DNA from: a virus
Direction: 5' to 3' (one strand)
Virus record (IMG/VR): IMGVR_UViG_3300013195_000003
Span: 14,524 to 78,523 of that record
DNA: 64,000 nt
The position numbers were made by a program, and so were the translations under genes. Shown here piece after piece: positions 29,617 to 39,458 of this stretch. The notes beneath the pieces were generated by a model. The model was not told where the DNA came from. It did no database searches and saw only the letters and a list, made by a program, of their open reading frames with translations. How positions within the stretch are numbered: position 1 is the first letter of the stretch; the number at the start of each line of letters is the position of its first letter.

Positions 29617-29650
29617 ACCTTCAGGGAAAGTACTGTATTCAATTCGTGCA

Positions 29651-32272
29651 ATGAGCAATAGAATTATTGCGAGAATTTCTAAGGAAAATCAAGCTGGCGC
29701 TGTTATCGAAAGAGCAAAACAGCGTTTTACTTCACTAAAAAACACCGAAGACTTGAGTAGAGTCAAGACGGTGTTTCTTGACTTCGATTCAAAAGATGAT
29801 AATTTCATCAATATACTGAAGGGAGACGAATTCCCTGAGGTCATTGGTGCTCTGTGGGATCGAGAAACTTTTATTGGTGGAGTCGAAACTCTAGAGGAAC
29901 AAGTCAGTCCTGAAGGTGATGTTGTAGGAATTTTTAATTCTTTCGATAGACAAGCTGCAGCTGTTGCGGCATCTACTGAGGAAGATTCTGTTAACCTTAT
30001 TGCACAGCAAATTAAACCCTCTGATTATGGTAATGTAATCCCGTATACTGTTGGTGCTGGCACTACATACTCAGTTACTGCAACTATTACCAATACTTCT
30101 AACGGTCCTAAATTTTACATTAATGGTAGTTTTGAGGCACCTGATCTCACTTTCCTTTTTCCTGGTCACGAATTAATTATTAATGTTGCTGATAATAGCA
30201 ACTTCGGATATACACTTGCTTTTTCCGAAACACCTGATGGTACACATAATGGTGGTACTGAGTATAATGTTGGTGTATCTAGAACCAACACTCCTGGTAC
30301 AACTAATGCCGAAGTTCGTTTAGCAGTTTCGCAAACAACTCCTAAGCAGCTTTACATCTACGCCCAAGAGACTCCGCGAGTGGGTCTGCGTGGTGGCGGA
30401 TTCTTGAATGCTACCGATCACGGTAAAGTTGCAATGTTTAGTAAGTGGTACTTAGCACGTATCACACAACAGCAGAATGGATTGGATTATGGTCTGTTCT
30501 CTTACACTGAGCACGGTGACGGTGTTGACTGCTATATTATTGACTCTGGTGTCCGTGGTGCATCACGTCCTACATCTGCAACAGGTGCTAACCTTCACCC
30601 TGAATTGTTCCACCCTGATTATGCAAGTGATCTGAATGATATTTCTAATCAGAACGAATATAGAGTATACGAAGTTCCTGGGTATAACTCTGGTTACACT
30701 GTTAATGGTGAGGCAGACTCTAACGAAGATGACAATGGTCACGGCACAGAGTGCGCCATTATGGTTGGTGGTTTGCAACACGGTGTTGCACGTAAGACTA
30801 GATTTTATGCTCTGAAAACTCAGGGCAGTAATGGTAGTGGACTGTTGTCCAGCTATGTGTTTGCAATCCTTGCAATCATTAATCACAATGATCCGAACCA
30901 TCCTAACTGGAAAGGTAACAACAGACCTGCTGTGGTGAACGCATCTGTTGGCGTTAATCTTCCTTCAGAGGTTTCTCCTTTCGTTCCTCAAAACGAACCT
31001 GGATTTGATAGTGGTCCATATGAAGCTGATACAGCGATGGATGACTATGAAAATCTTGCTGTAGAGAACGGTATTGTATACGTTCGCTCTGCAGGTAACG
31101 GTTTTGGTTATAACTTCGCTTACGGTGGTTTCCAAGCTAAGTTCAACCCTGGTCCCCGTACTGCTGGTCCTCAGGACTACAGATATAATATGGAGGGTAT
31201 CAGCGATAAGATTTCTGTCGGTGCTACTGCCTTCGATAATACATTCTCTGGTTTCTCGAACTATGGTCAGGGCGTTACTACCAGTGCGCCTGGTGAATCT
31301 ATCTACTGCCCACATTACTACTGGAACACTAACACTCAGTACAGCTCTGTCACCAGTACTTTCTATGCATACATTAGAGGTACTTCATTCTCTGGTCCTT
31401 TGACTGCTGGTGTTGTTTGTCAGTTCCTTGGTAAGAAAGGTTATCAGAACAGAACAACCTATGAAGGTAAGTCTGTCCCTAAGCTTGCTAAAGAATGGCT
31501 TCGTAGAAGTGTTGATTGGGATTATGAAAGAGATCAGTCACCTGTTGGCGAAGAGTACGGTGGTGGTAGTGTCAATTTGTATCCTACTGATGACATCGAT
31601 GAGATTACTCTTGACGGTGTTAATACCTTTATTAATGTTCAGGCTGGTAGTAATGAAGTTACGATTGGTCTTGGTAGCGAATTTAGTCGCTTCAATCCTG
31701 TTTTGGGTGATAAGATCCAGTTCCGTATTCCTGAAGCAATTCCTTCTACGGATGTCATCACCGATATTTGGGTTACCAGTGATGGATCTCCAACATCAGC
31801 ATATTATCAATCTGGTGGTCTGTTGAACGTTGTCACTGATAACGATCCTTCTCCTGGTCTTGCTGGTACATTCCCTTCTGGTGGTACGACTGGTTATGTT
31901 TCCACATTGTCTATTCAGAATCAAGGTTCTGGATATACAGTCGTTCCTTCAGTTTCGCTGAATGGTGGCGGTGGTGTTGGTGCTACAGCAACAGCTGACA
32001 TTACATTAACTGGTGGTAACGTTACCAGTATTAACGTTGATCAGTCTGGTTCTGGATATACTTCGGCACCTACAGTTGCAATTGTCGGTGATGGTCAAGG
32101 TGCAACAGCTGAAGCTACTATCGCATTGACTGGTGGTGGTGTTGATAGTGTTACTGTTACTAATGGTGGTTCTGGTTATAACCCTCTGAACTTGCCTGCT
32201 GTTACATTTACTGGCGGTGGGGGGAGGGATGCTACTGCAACAGCAACAGTTGTTGGTGGTATTTTTACTTAA
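29651..32272 (+). CDS. Subtilisin-like S8 serine protease; probably the N-terminal part of one giant virion protein
   Basis: Catalytic triad motifs IIDSG (Asp), NGHGTECA (His), GTSFSGP (Ser), plus oxyanion SAGN; C-terminal G.GY...P.V...GGGG repeats. Confidence 0.85.
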   Translation: MSNRIIARISKENQAGAVIERAKQRFTSLKNTEDLSRVKTVFLDFDSKDDNFINILKGDEFPEVIGALWDRETFIGGVETLEEQVSPEGDVVGIFNSFDRQAAAVAASTEEDSVNLIAQQIKPSDYGNVIPYTVGAGTTYSVTATITNTSNGPKFYINGSFEAPDLTFLFPGHELIINVADNSNFGYTLAFSETPDGTHNGGTEYNVGVSRTNTPGTTNAEVRLAVSQTTPKQLYIYAQETPRVGLRGGGFLNATDHGKVAMFSKWYLARITQQQNGLDYGLFSYTEHGDGVDCYIIDSGVRGASRPTSATGANLHPELFHPDYASDLNDISNQNEYRVYEVPGYNSGYTVNGEADSNEDDNGHGTECAIMVGGLQHGVARKTRFYALKTQGSNGSGLLSSYVFAILAIINHNDPNHPNWKGNNRPAVVNASVGVNLPSEVSPFVPQNEPGFDSGPYEADTAMDDYENLAVENGIVYVRSAGNGFGYNFAYGGFQAKFNPGPRTAGPQDYRYNMEGISDKISVGATAFDNTFSGFSNYGQGVTTSAPGESIYCPHYYWNTNTQYSSVTSTFYAYIRGTSFSGPLTAGVVCQFLGKKGYQNRTTYEGKSVPKLAKEWLRRSVDWDYERDQSPVGEEYGGGSVNLYPTDDIDEITLDGVNTFINVQAGSNEVTIGLGSEFSRFNPVLGDKIQFRIPEAIPSTDVITDIWVTSDGSPTSAYYQSGGLLNVVTDNDPSPGLAGTFPSGGTTGYVSTLSIQNQGSGYTVVPSVSLNGGGGVGATATADITLTGGNVTSINVDQSGSGYTSAPTVAIVGDGQGATAEATIALTGGGVDSVTVTNGGSGYNPLNLPAVTFTGGGGRDATATATVVGGIFT

Positions 32273-35200
32273 ATTACTATCAACAATCCTGGTTCTGGGT
32301 ATTCTGAGGGACCTACAGGGTAGTGATGCTACTGCAACAGCAACAGTTGTTGATGGTATTATTACTGAAATTACTATCAACAATCCTGGTTCTGGATATT
32401 CTGAGGCACCTACAGTTGGTATTGCACAATCTGCTCCTCCGAATCAGGGTAACGTTGTACACGCACCTGATAGTGAATTTGTATCGGGTGGCGGATCTAC
32501 AACCTCTGCCTCGCTGAATCAAACCACTCGTCTTCTGACTGTGGTTGCTGATAACTTACCTCAACCTGCACTGTATGGTGCTTTCCCGAATCCTAATAAT
32601 AGCAATGCTATTACGGGTCAGTCTTATAACCATACTTGGGTCTATCGTGGCGGTAGAAACATTAGTGACGAGACTCCTACAGCAACAACTGATCAGGATT
32701 CTATTGGTATGGCTCTGAATGGTATTCAGCTCCGTCATTATTCGCACGGTCTTAATACTGACCTGCCTGATGGCACTGGTTGCCCGACTGGTTATACCTT
32801 CAATAAGATCTATAATTCCGCAGCTTTTGGTGCTGATAATGGTAGTGGTGTGACAGATTCTTCTGGTGTCTATCACTATACCACTGGCAACTTCCTCGTC
32901 AATAGTTGGAAAGGTTCTAGTACAACCTATACTGTTACTGTCAGTGATCCTGGATCTGGTAATAAGTATTACTTAAATGGTGGATTAACACCGAACATTA
33001 TTCTGACTGAGGGTAACACATACTACTTTGATCAAAGTGATGCATCCAATGGTGGTTATCCTTTCAGAGTTTCTGCAACACAAGATGGCGTTCATACACA
33101 AGGTGGTGTAGCTTACGAAATTGGTGTTCGTTATCAGGGCACTCCTGGTGATGGTCAACCTGGCACTGGTTTATATCTGCAAGTTCAACCTGATGCTCCT
33201 AACCTTTTCTACTATTGTTCATTGTATAGTGGTTACGGAAATGCTGCATCGGTTACTACAACTAATAACACAGCTGCACTGCCCTCTCACACGACATCTG
33301 ATATTATTAATGCTACCCATCACTCTCCTGTGATTGGTTATGCATATGATGGATATCCAATTTATGGTCCTATTGGTTATGCAAGTCCTGGTTCTCCGAC
33401 CACACTTGCAAGAATGCAATCTTCTTATGGTTTGAAGACGCAGCGCGATGGTCAGCAATATGCTGGTTCTACTTATAACTGGAACGTTACTACTGATGAT
33501 AACTTAGATTATGATTTTACTGGGGAATCTAGTGGTACTGATGTTGCAATCACTGCTAACATCGGTGATAACCTTGTGTTCAACGTCAATGCTTCTTACA
33601 CCACTGGTGGTGGCGGCGGTAGCACACCGAATACCTACAACTTAGTTGTTACTGCATCTAGCTTCAGTGATTATACAGTTTCTGGTTCCGACAGAACTGG
33701 TAACATCAATGGTTCTGACCCTGCATTGACATTCTACGAAGGTGATACTATCAACTTCACGGTGTCTGCATCTGGTCACCCGTTCTACCTGAAGACACAA
33801 GCTGGTACTGGTACTGGCAACCAGATCTCTGGTGTTACTAACCAAGGTACTGAGTCTGGTACTGTTTCTTGGACTCCTGGTGCTGGTTCTGCTGGTACTT
33901 ACTACTACCAGTGTGAGTATCACAGTAGTATGGTCGGTACGATCACTATCCAGTCTTCTGGTGGTGGCGGTGGTACAACTGTGACCCACCCGATGTGGAT
34001 CCAGACAGTTCCTGCTCCTTACAACCCGACTCAGGTTGTTGGTGCTGTGACTAACAATGGTAGTCACAATGCTACTATTCTGTGGAACACAACAACTGCT
34101 GCAGCTGGTACTTACTACTATGTGTCTGAGAATGCTCAGGCAATGACGGGTACGATTACATTGTCCGAACCTGTTGGTTATGCACCATCTACGACTGCAT
34201 ATCCTATGGGATCATTCGTGGAAGATTACGAATATGTTGGAAATGGTACTCTAGATCGCCGCAATGGTAGATTCTGCGTAACTCCTGAATTCCCAGGTGG
34301 TACTTATGCATACTTTATGACATTTGATGCATCTGCTAATCCGCAGTTCCCATATCTTTTAGGCGATCAATACTATGGTACAGCAGTAACTGAGTCTGAT
34401 ACTGCACCTCAAAACCCACTGTTTGAACAACCTGCATCAGGTAGTTGTACAATTGGTACCCAGATTGGTGTGGTGGATGCTGTTAATGTTATTGAACAAG
34501 GTGTTGGTTATACATACGCCAATATCGAGTTTAGTGGTGGCGGCGGCGTTGGTGCACAAGCATCATCTAATATCTCGGTGCTGGATGGTTATGTGTCTGG
34601 TCTGACATTGGTTGATCAAGGTACAGATTATACATCTGCTCCTACTGTTGATATCGATCCTCCAAACGTTGGTGGTGGTACTCAGGCAACAGGTGTTGCA
34701 CAGATTGCCATTACTGCTGGTAACCCGAATAGTATCGACAAGCAAAGCTTCAACCAGAACTTTAATTGGAGAGGTGGTACAAACTATGCTACAGATACTA
34801 TTGAAGCGAAACCACTGCGCAGTGTAAATCCCTTCGCTATTTCTAGCACGGGCGCATTTATTTACCATTATTCTTATGAGAGTGGTCCTACTCCTGGTTG
34901 GACATACAATGCTGTTACTAACGGTAACCTTGTAGGCGAAGATGCTTACGGTGGTTTCCCCAACACTAGTAATGTTTATGGATACAACTCTAGTAAGCTG
35001 TTAGGTGCATATGGTTCTGTTGCAATTGCAGGTTCTAATTATCTCTCTAGTTCTTATTTTGATCTCGGATATCGCACCGTCAATTATCTTGTCACTACCG
35101 CTGTAAAGACTGAAACCAGTCCTTACTACAACCAAGGTGGTACTCATCAGTATATGCTCCGTGGTGATACGTTTACTACTCCGACTGAGCAACCTCAGAT

Positions 35201-38200
35201 TGATTTTACTAGAGGTAACACGTATATCTTTGATTTAAGTGATGCTAGTAATGATGGTCATCCGATGTACTTCTCTACTACCGATGATGGTATCTTCGGT
35301 GGTGGTGTTCGCTTCGGCAATGGTATTACTTATCGTTTGGATGGTGCTTCTGTTGATGCAGTTACATTCACTAACAACTTTGATAGCGCTACCACTCGTA
35401 CAATTACGATAGTTGTTCCTCAAGATTGTCCTGCACTTCTGTACTATGTTTGTGTGAATCATCAGAGAATGGGTAATCAGATTGTTGTTAACAGCAACAT
35501 TCAAGGTGATTACAAGCGTCATCCTGATGGTCACTCCAAGATTCTTGGTATGACGTTTGATGGATATCCTCTCTATGGTCCTTATGGTTACTCTGATCGT
35601 GATGATAGCAGCAGTGCTGTCATTCGTATGAAGCCTGCATATCTCCTGAAGCTGGAGAATAGAGTTCCTGATATGTTCGGTTCGCGTCCTGCGCAAGGTA
35701 CATATCCTCTCGGAAGCTTTATCGAAGATTTTGAATACCAAGGTGGTGTTGAGGAAGATAACGTTACCGACGTTACTTTCACTGTACAGGCAGCAACTGC
35801 ATCGCAAACTGGTAGCGGTGGTCGTTACTATATCTCTGGTGGTTTGTTAACTGGTAGCGCTGAGAAACCAGCTTTCAACTTTAAGAAAGGTAGAAAGTAC
35901 ATCTTTAATCTTTCTGATGGTTCTAACGAAACGCACGCTATGCTGTTCTCCACAAGTGGAGATGCACAAGCACAGGGTTGGCACGTGGCAGGTTCTAGTG
36001 TGGGTGATGCAAATGCTGTCTATGGTGCTGGTGTCGTCTATAAGTTAGAAAATGTTGAGGTTGATTATGCTACATATGTCGCTGGTTTTGATGCTGCAAC
36101 TCAGAGAAGCATTGAGTATACTCCTACATCAAATGCACCTCACGTTCTGTACTATTTCTGTTACAACCATCCCAATATGGGAGAGCGTATCATTATTGGT
36201 GATCTGGACAGCAGAAATGGTCGCTATTGTGTGACACCTGACTATCCGAATGGTACTTACGCATACTTTATTACTGAGGATAATAATGGTAACCCTGCCT
36301 ATCCTTATGTGATGGGTGATAATTACTACTCTGATCCTGTCTTCCCTGGTGGATCTGCTACCGAAGGTTCTTCCTATGTCTATGACATTGGTGGTCTGCA
36401 ATTCAACGTGATGCAGAGATATTGGCACGCCATTACGGATGTCAATGCAGGAACTGGTACGATTATGATCGAACCTGACGCAGCTCAGTTCACTGGTGTT
36501 CAAAATGAAGTTGGTGGCAATCTGATCAAGATTGCAAACCTTGAGGGAACAAAGCAGCGTAGTGATGGTGTTCAACGTTGGATCGATCAGAACCCTGTTG
36601 GTAACAAATTGTACTTCCAGACTGAAGCTCAGGAAGATGCTGGTAGTGGTGAGGGTACTGAGATCATCTATCTGCCTGTAGATAAGGGTGTTGATGATGG
36701 ATCTATGAGAGGTTTATTCTCTCCTTATATTGATCTGCTGACCACGTGGTACACACCTGCTGGTGCTCTCGGCACCTACAATATCGGTGATACCGTCAAT
36801 CTGCAACTGGGTGTCTCGTTCCTTAGAACATATGCTGCGGAGACTATTCTTGATCGCGATTACTCTCTGACTGGTGACTCTATTGCTAACACTGGTTTGT
36901 CATTTGACACTGAAACAGGTGTCTTAAGTGGTATTTTGGTTAATAATACCACTCTTGACCTCACACTGACTGTCGAAGAGAACATCTCTGGTCAGACTCA
37001 GACCTATACTATTCAGCTCACAAACACTACAGTTACTGTACAGAATGTTTCTCTGAAGACCTCTGGTGTTGCTAGAGCGATTGATTATGCTGCAGTTACT
37101 AAGAAAGCTGGACAACCTAATGATGATGCTATCTGGGCAGAGAATGCCTGGTACTCGCGTCCTATGAATTATAAGTCATTCTCTGTTCTTGCTTATCAAA
37201 CAGGTTACGAGAATACTAACTTTGAGTTTATTCCTCAGTGGCAGATCTTTAAAAATAAGGGTGGTGGAACACTGTGGTATAACTTGAATGAGTTCTCTAC
37301 TGGTCCTGTTGCAGCTGGTCAGTCTTGCCAGATTGAAGAGGGCGATTGGTTTGAGAACAACTATGATGCTCGTGATCAGTTCTACGTTTATAATGAAACG
37401 TTTGAAGATGTTACTGGACACGAAATTGCTATTTCTTACCTCATTGCTAACAAGTGGTGGAACTATGATCAAGACTTCTTCCGTTGTAAGCTGCGTTATC
37501 GCTTGATCTTTAACTTAGTTGCTAGCGGTAATGATTATGCTGTTGTGGTTAACCAATCTGGTTCCACCGTGTTTGAAGTTCCTAAGGGTGCTACATATCG
37601 TTTCGATGTAAGTGATGCATCCTGGGCGGGTAAGAACCTTGAACTTAGAGAGTCTCCAACGGGCAGTGCATATATCGGATCTAATGTCAGACGTTATGGT
37701 ACTCCTGGCACTCCTGGTGCTTGGGTTGATCTTATCGTCGATGAATCGCATCCTGGTTCTGTCTTCTACTTTGGGCAGACTGGCGGTAGTACATTTGCTT
37801 CGCAGCACATTGACTTCACCTCTGTGTTTACTGCGCTGACATCCAATACTGTACAACTTACAGTCAATAATATTCCTAACGTTCCTGCTCAGCCCCTGCT
37901 GACAATGGAATCTGGCGCTACATCTATCACTGCAAATACTTACTCTGTGGTGACTGAGTATGGCGCACTGACACACTTCCCGAATGAGCTTGCCTATCAA
38001 TCTTCTGGTAGGTCTCCTAAGGATGGTCGTTATCCTGTTCGCCTGCTCTGCACTGACCAAAACATTGAGTTCAACTGGTACCGTAAGCTGTACAGTTACG
38101 ACACCAGTACTGGTGTTAAGTCCTATAACTGGGATACTGTTGCCAATAGTGCCAGCACATATGTGCCCCTGAATTCTCCTCACTACAGATCCAGAAGAGA

Positions 38201-39434
38201 TTATGGTAATAGCTTGACCAACTATCACTCTGCTTGCGCACTTGATGGTGCTAGCATCTATCAAGAAAACTACATTAATTTGAATGAGGAATTCCCTCTT
38301 CGTGTGAACTATGGTGGTCCTCAGATTGAGATTCCTATTCAATCTTCCTCTACATTGAATCCTCCTCTGGCAAATAATGGTAGTGTGCTTCGTGTCACTG
38401 ACCTGCCTTGTAAGGGTGTTCCTCACGGCGAGAATGATCCTTACTCTTATCAGGTTGTGATTGGAAACGGTGCATCTCTGTCCTCTGTGTCTAACGAGAT
38501 CAGCGTGATTCCTAACCCACCTGAACTGGGTATGTGGTGGTATGAGTATGATAATGGTTGGTCTGGTACCGTTTCTAACGGTTACCTGCGTCACGATCAA
38601 GGCTTCGTTGATACTACTCTGACCTGTGGTGATTACTTTGGTAACGTTCTGATTCGCTCCTTCGTTATTGACGTGGGTCCTGCACCTCTGAGTGCACTGC
38701 CTTACATTGATATCAACACACTGCAAGTACAAGATTACTATAAGGGTGCACAGAACTTTACTGTCAGTAACAACCAGACTCAGGATGTAACAGTTTCCTA
38801 CACTATTGATGCTGGTCAGTTTACTTGGAGATTGCGTCTGATTAATGAGTTCCCCTATATGGAGAACGTGGACGGTGGCACTAGAACTGTGTACACAGTA
38901 AATAATCCCACCCACGCTAATGCTCCTACAATTGTTAACACTGGCGACTTCAGCACTTATAGTGGTCAATTAGCAGCTGCTACTGGTGTTCTTCGTGAGT
39001 GTCCCTTCCGTGGTGACACCAACATTAACCTGCCCGTTGACTTCTCGGTGAAGAATGATATTCAACCCGCTATCTTCCCTGCACGTGGTACTCAAAAGAT
39101 CTACACACTGTGGGTGGAGCTGGTTGAGTCTCCGTTCGATCTGGTTGACTTGATTAACCTTGTAGCGGTTGCTGATCCTTGTCAGGATCACACCTATGAC
39201 TTCGCATACACCTCTAATGGTGCTTGTATTACTCCGTCTAATGACTACTTCTGCAACTTCATCAAACCTCTGCGTGATCGTAACCACGCTGAACAACCCA
39301 TTATCGGTATGGAAGGTGTGGCACAGATCAAGGTAACTGATGGTATTTCGCCAAGAACATTGGACTTCCAAGTCCCTGCTCCTTGGCCTGTCCTTTACAG
39401 CTACCTGGGCGATTGTAACCCCACTTGCGCATAA
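32217..39434 (+). CDS. YHYH-like and cupredoxin-like repeat virion protein; probably the C-terminal part of the S8 protein
   Basis: Repeated G...DGYP.YGP.GY and LD.RNGR.CVTP..P.GTYAYF.T modules; three C-x2-H-x2-M motifs. The ATG at 32217 is likely not a true start. Confidence 0.75.
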   Translation: MGGGMLLQQQQLLVVFLLKLLSTILVLGILRDLQGSDATATATVVDGIITEITINNPGSGYSEAPTVGIAQSAPPNQGNVVHAPDSEFVSGGGSTTSASLNQTTRLLTVVADNLPQPALYGAFPNPNNSNAITGQSYNHTWVYRGGRNISDETPTATTDQDSIGMALNGIQLRHYSHGLNTDLPDGTGCPTGYTFNKIYNSAAFGADNGSGVTDSSGVYHYTTGNFLVNSWKGSSTTYTVTVSDPGSGNKYYLNGGLTPNIILTEGNTYYFDQSDASNGGYPFRVSATQDGVHTQGGVAYEIGVRYQGTPGDGQPGTGLYLQVQPDAPNLFYYCSLYSGYGNAASVTTTNNTAALPSHTTSDIINATHHSPVIGYAYDGYPIYGPIGYASPGSPTTLARMQSSYGLKTQRDGQQYAGSTYNWNVTTDDNLDYDFTGESSGTDVAITANIGDNLVFNVNASYTTGGGGGSTPNTYNLVVTASSFSDYTVSGSDRTGNINGSDPALTFYEGDTINFTVSASGHPFYLKTQAGTGTGNQISGVTNQGTESGTVSWTPGAGSAGTYYYQCEYHSSMVGTITIQSSGGGGGTTVTHPMWIQTVPAPYNPTQVVGAVTNNGSHNATILWNTTTAAAGTYYYVSENAQAMTGTITLSEPVGYAPSTTAYPMGSFVEDYEYVGNGTLDRRNGRFCVTPEFPGGTYAYFMTFDASANPQFPYLLGDQYYGTAVTESDTAPQNPLFEQPASGSCTIGTQIGVVDAVNVIEQGVGYTYANIEFSGGGGVGAQASSNISVLDGYVSGLTLVDQGTDYTSAPTVDIDPPNVGGGTQATGVAQIAITAGNPNSIDKQSFNQNFNWRGGTNYATDTIEAKPLRSVNPFAISSTGAFIYHYSYESGPTPGWTYNAVTNGNLVGEDAYGGFPNTSNVYGYNSSKLLGAYGSVAIAGSNYLSSSYFDLGYRTVNYLVTTAVKTETSPYYNQGGTHQYMLRGDTFTTPTEQPQIDFTRGNTYIFDLSDASNDGHPMYFSTTDDGIFGGGVRFGNGITYRLDGASVDAVTFTNNFDSATTRTITIVVPQDCPALLYYVCVNHQRMGNQIVVNSNIQGDYKRHPDGHSKILGMTFDGYPLYGPYGYSDRDDSSSAVIRMKPAYLLKLENRVPDMFGSRPAQGTYPLGSFIEDFEYQGGVEEDNVTDVTFTVQAATASQTGSGGRYYISGGLLTGSAEKPAFNFKKGRKYIFNLSDGSNETHAMLFSTSGDAQAQGWHVAGSSVGDANAVYGAGVVYKLENVEVDYATYVAGFDAATQRSIEYTPTSNAPHVLYYFCYNHPNMGERIIIGDLDSRNGRYCVTPDYPNGTYAYFITEDNNGNPAYPYVMGDNYYSDPVFPGGSATEGSSYVYDIGGLQFNVMQRYWHAITDVNAGTGTIMIEPDAAQFTGVQNEVGGNLIKIANLEGTKQRSDGVQRWIDQNPVGNKLYFQTEAQEDAGSGEGTEIIYLPVDKGVDDGSMRGLFSPYIDLLTTWYTPAGALGTYNIGDTVNLQLGVSFLRTYAAETILDRDYSLTGDSIANTGLSFDTETGVLSGILVNNTTLDLTLTVEENISGQTQTYTIQLTNTTVTVQNVSLKTSGVARAIDYAAVTKKAGQPNDDAIWAENAWYSRPMNYKSFSVLAYQTGYENTNFEFIPQWQIFKNKGGGTLWYNLNEFSTGPVAAGQSCQIEEGDWFENNYDARDQFYVYNETFEDVTGHEIAISYLIANKWWNYDQDFFRCKLRYRLIFNLVASGNDYAVVVNQSGSTVFEVPKGATYRFDVSDASWAGKNLELRESPTGSAYIGSNVRRYGTPGTPGAWVDLIVDESHPGSVFYFGQTGGSTFASQHIDFTSVFTALTSNTVQLTVNNIPNVPAQPLLTMESGATSITANTYSVVTEYGALTHFPNELAYQSSGRSPKDGRYPVRLLCTDQNIEFNWYRKLYSYDTSTGVKSYNWDTVANSASTYVPLNSPHYRSRRDYGNSLTNYHSACALDGASIYQENYINLNEEFPLRVNYGGPQIEIPIQSSSTLNPPLANNGSVLRVTDLPCKGVPHGENDPYSYQVVIGNGASLSSVSNEISVIPNPPELGMWWYEYDNGWSGTVSNGYLRHDQGFVDTTLTCGDYFGNVLIRSFVIDVGPAPLSALPYIDINTLQVQDYYKGAQNFTVSNNQTQDVTVSYTIDAGQFTWRLRLINEFPYMENVDGGTRTVYTVNNPTHANAPTIVNTGDFSTYSGQLAAATGVLRECPFRGDTNINLPVDFSVKNDIQPAIFPARGTQKIYTLWVELVESPFDLVDLINLVAVADPCQDHTYDFAYTSNGACITPSNDYFCNFIKPLRDRNHAEQPIIGMEGVAQIKVTDGISPRTLDFQVPAPWPVLYSYLGDCNPTCA
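32228..32415 (+). repeat. Imperfect tandem duplication, 97-nt period
   Basis: GATGCTACTGCAACAGCAACAGTTGTTG...CCTACAG starts at 32228 and again at 32325; copy 1 has 5 substitutions including GAA>TAA. Confidence 0.92.
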
Positions 39435-39458
39435 ATTACTGTATAGGAACCAAGCAAA

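Noticed and set aside
32217-32330. ATG 32217 as a true start, or a programmed frameshift joining the S8 and YHYH ORFs
   Set aside because: The N-terminal MGGGMLLQQQQ is an off-frame reading of duplicated sequence. An in-frame TAA precedes any useful shift, and the 97-nt duplication explains the break fully.
37515-38969. 484-aa antisense ORF (also 21058-22041, 3566-4510, 19708-20268 and many shorter ones)
   Set aside because: These are shadows of long plus-strand genes whose codon bias removes antisense stops. The translations are Ile/Thr/Ser-rich with no motifs, and no promoters support them.
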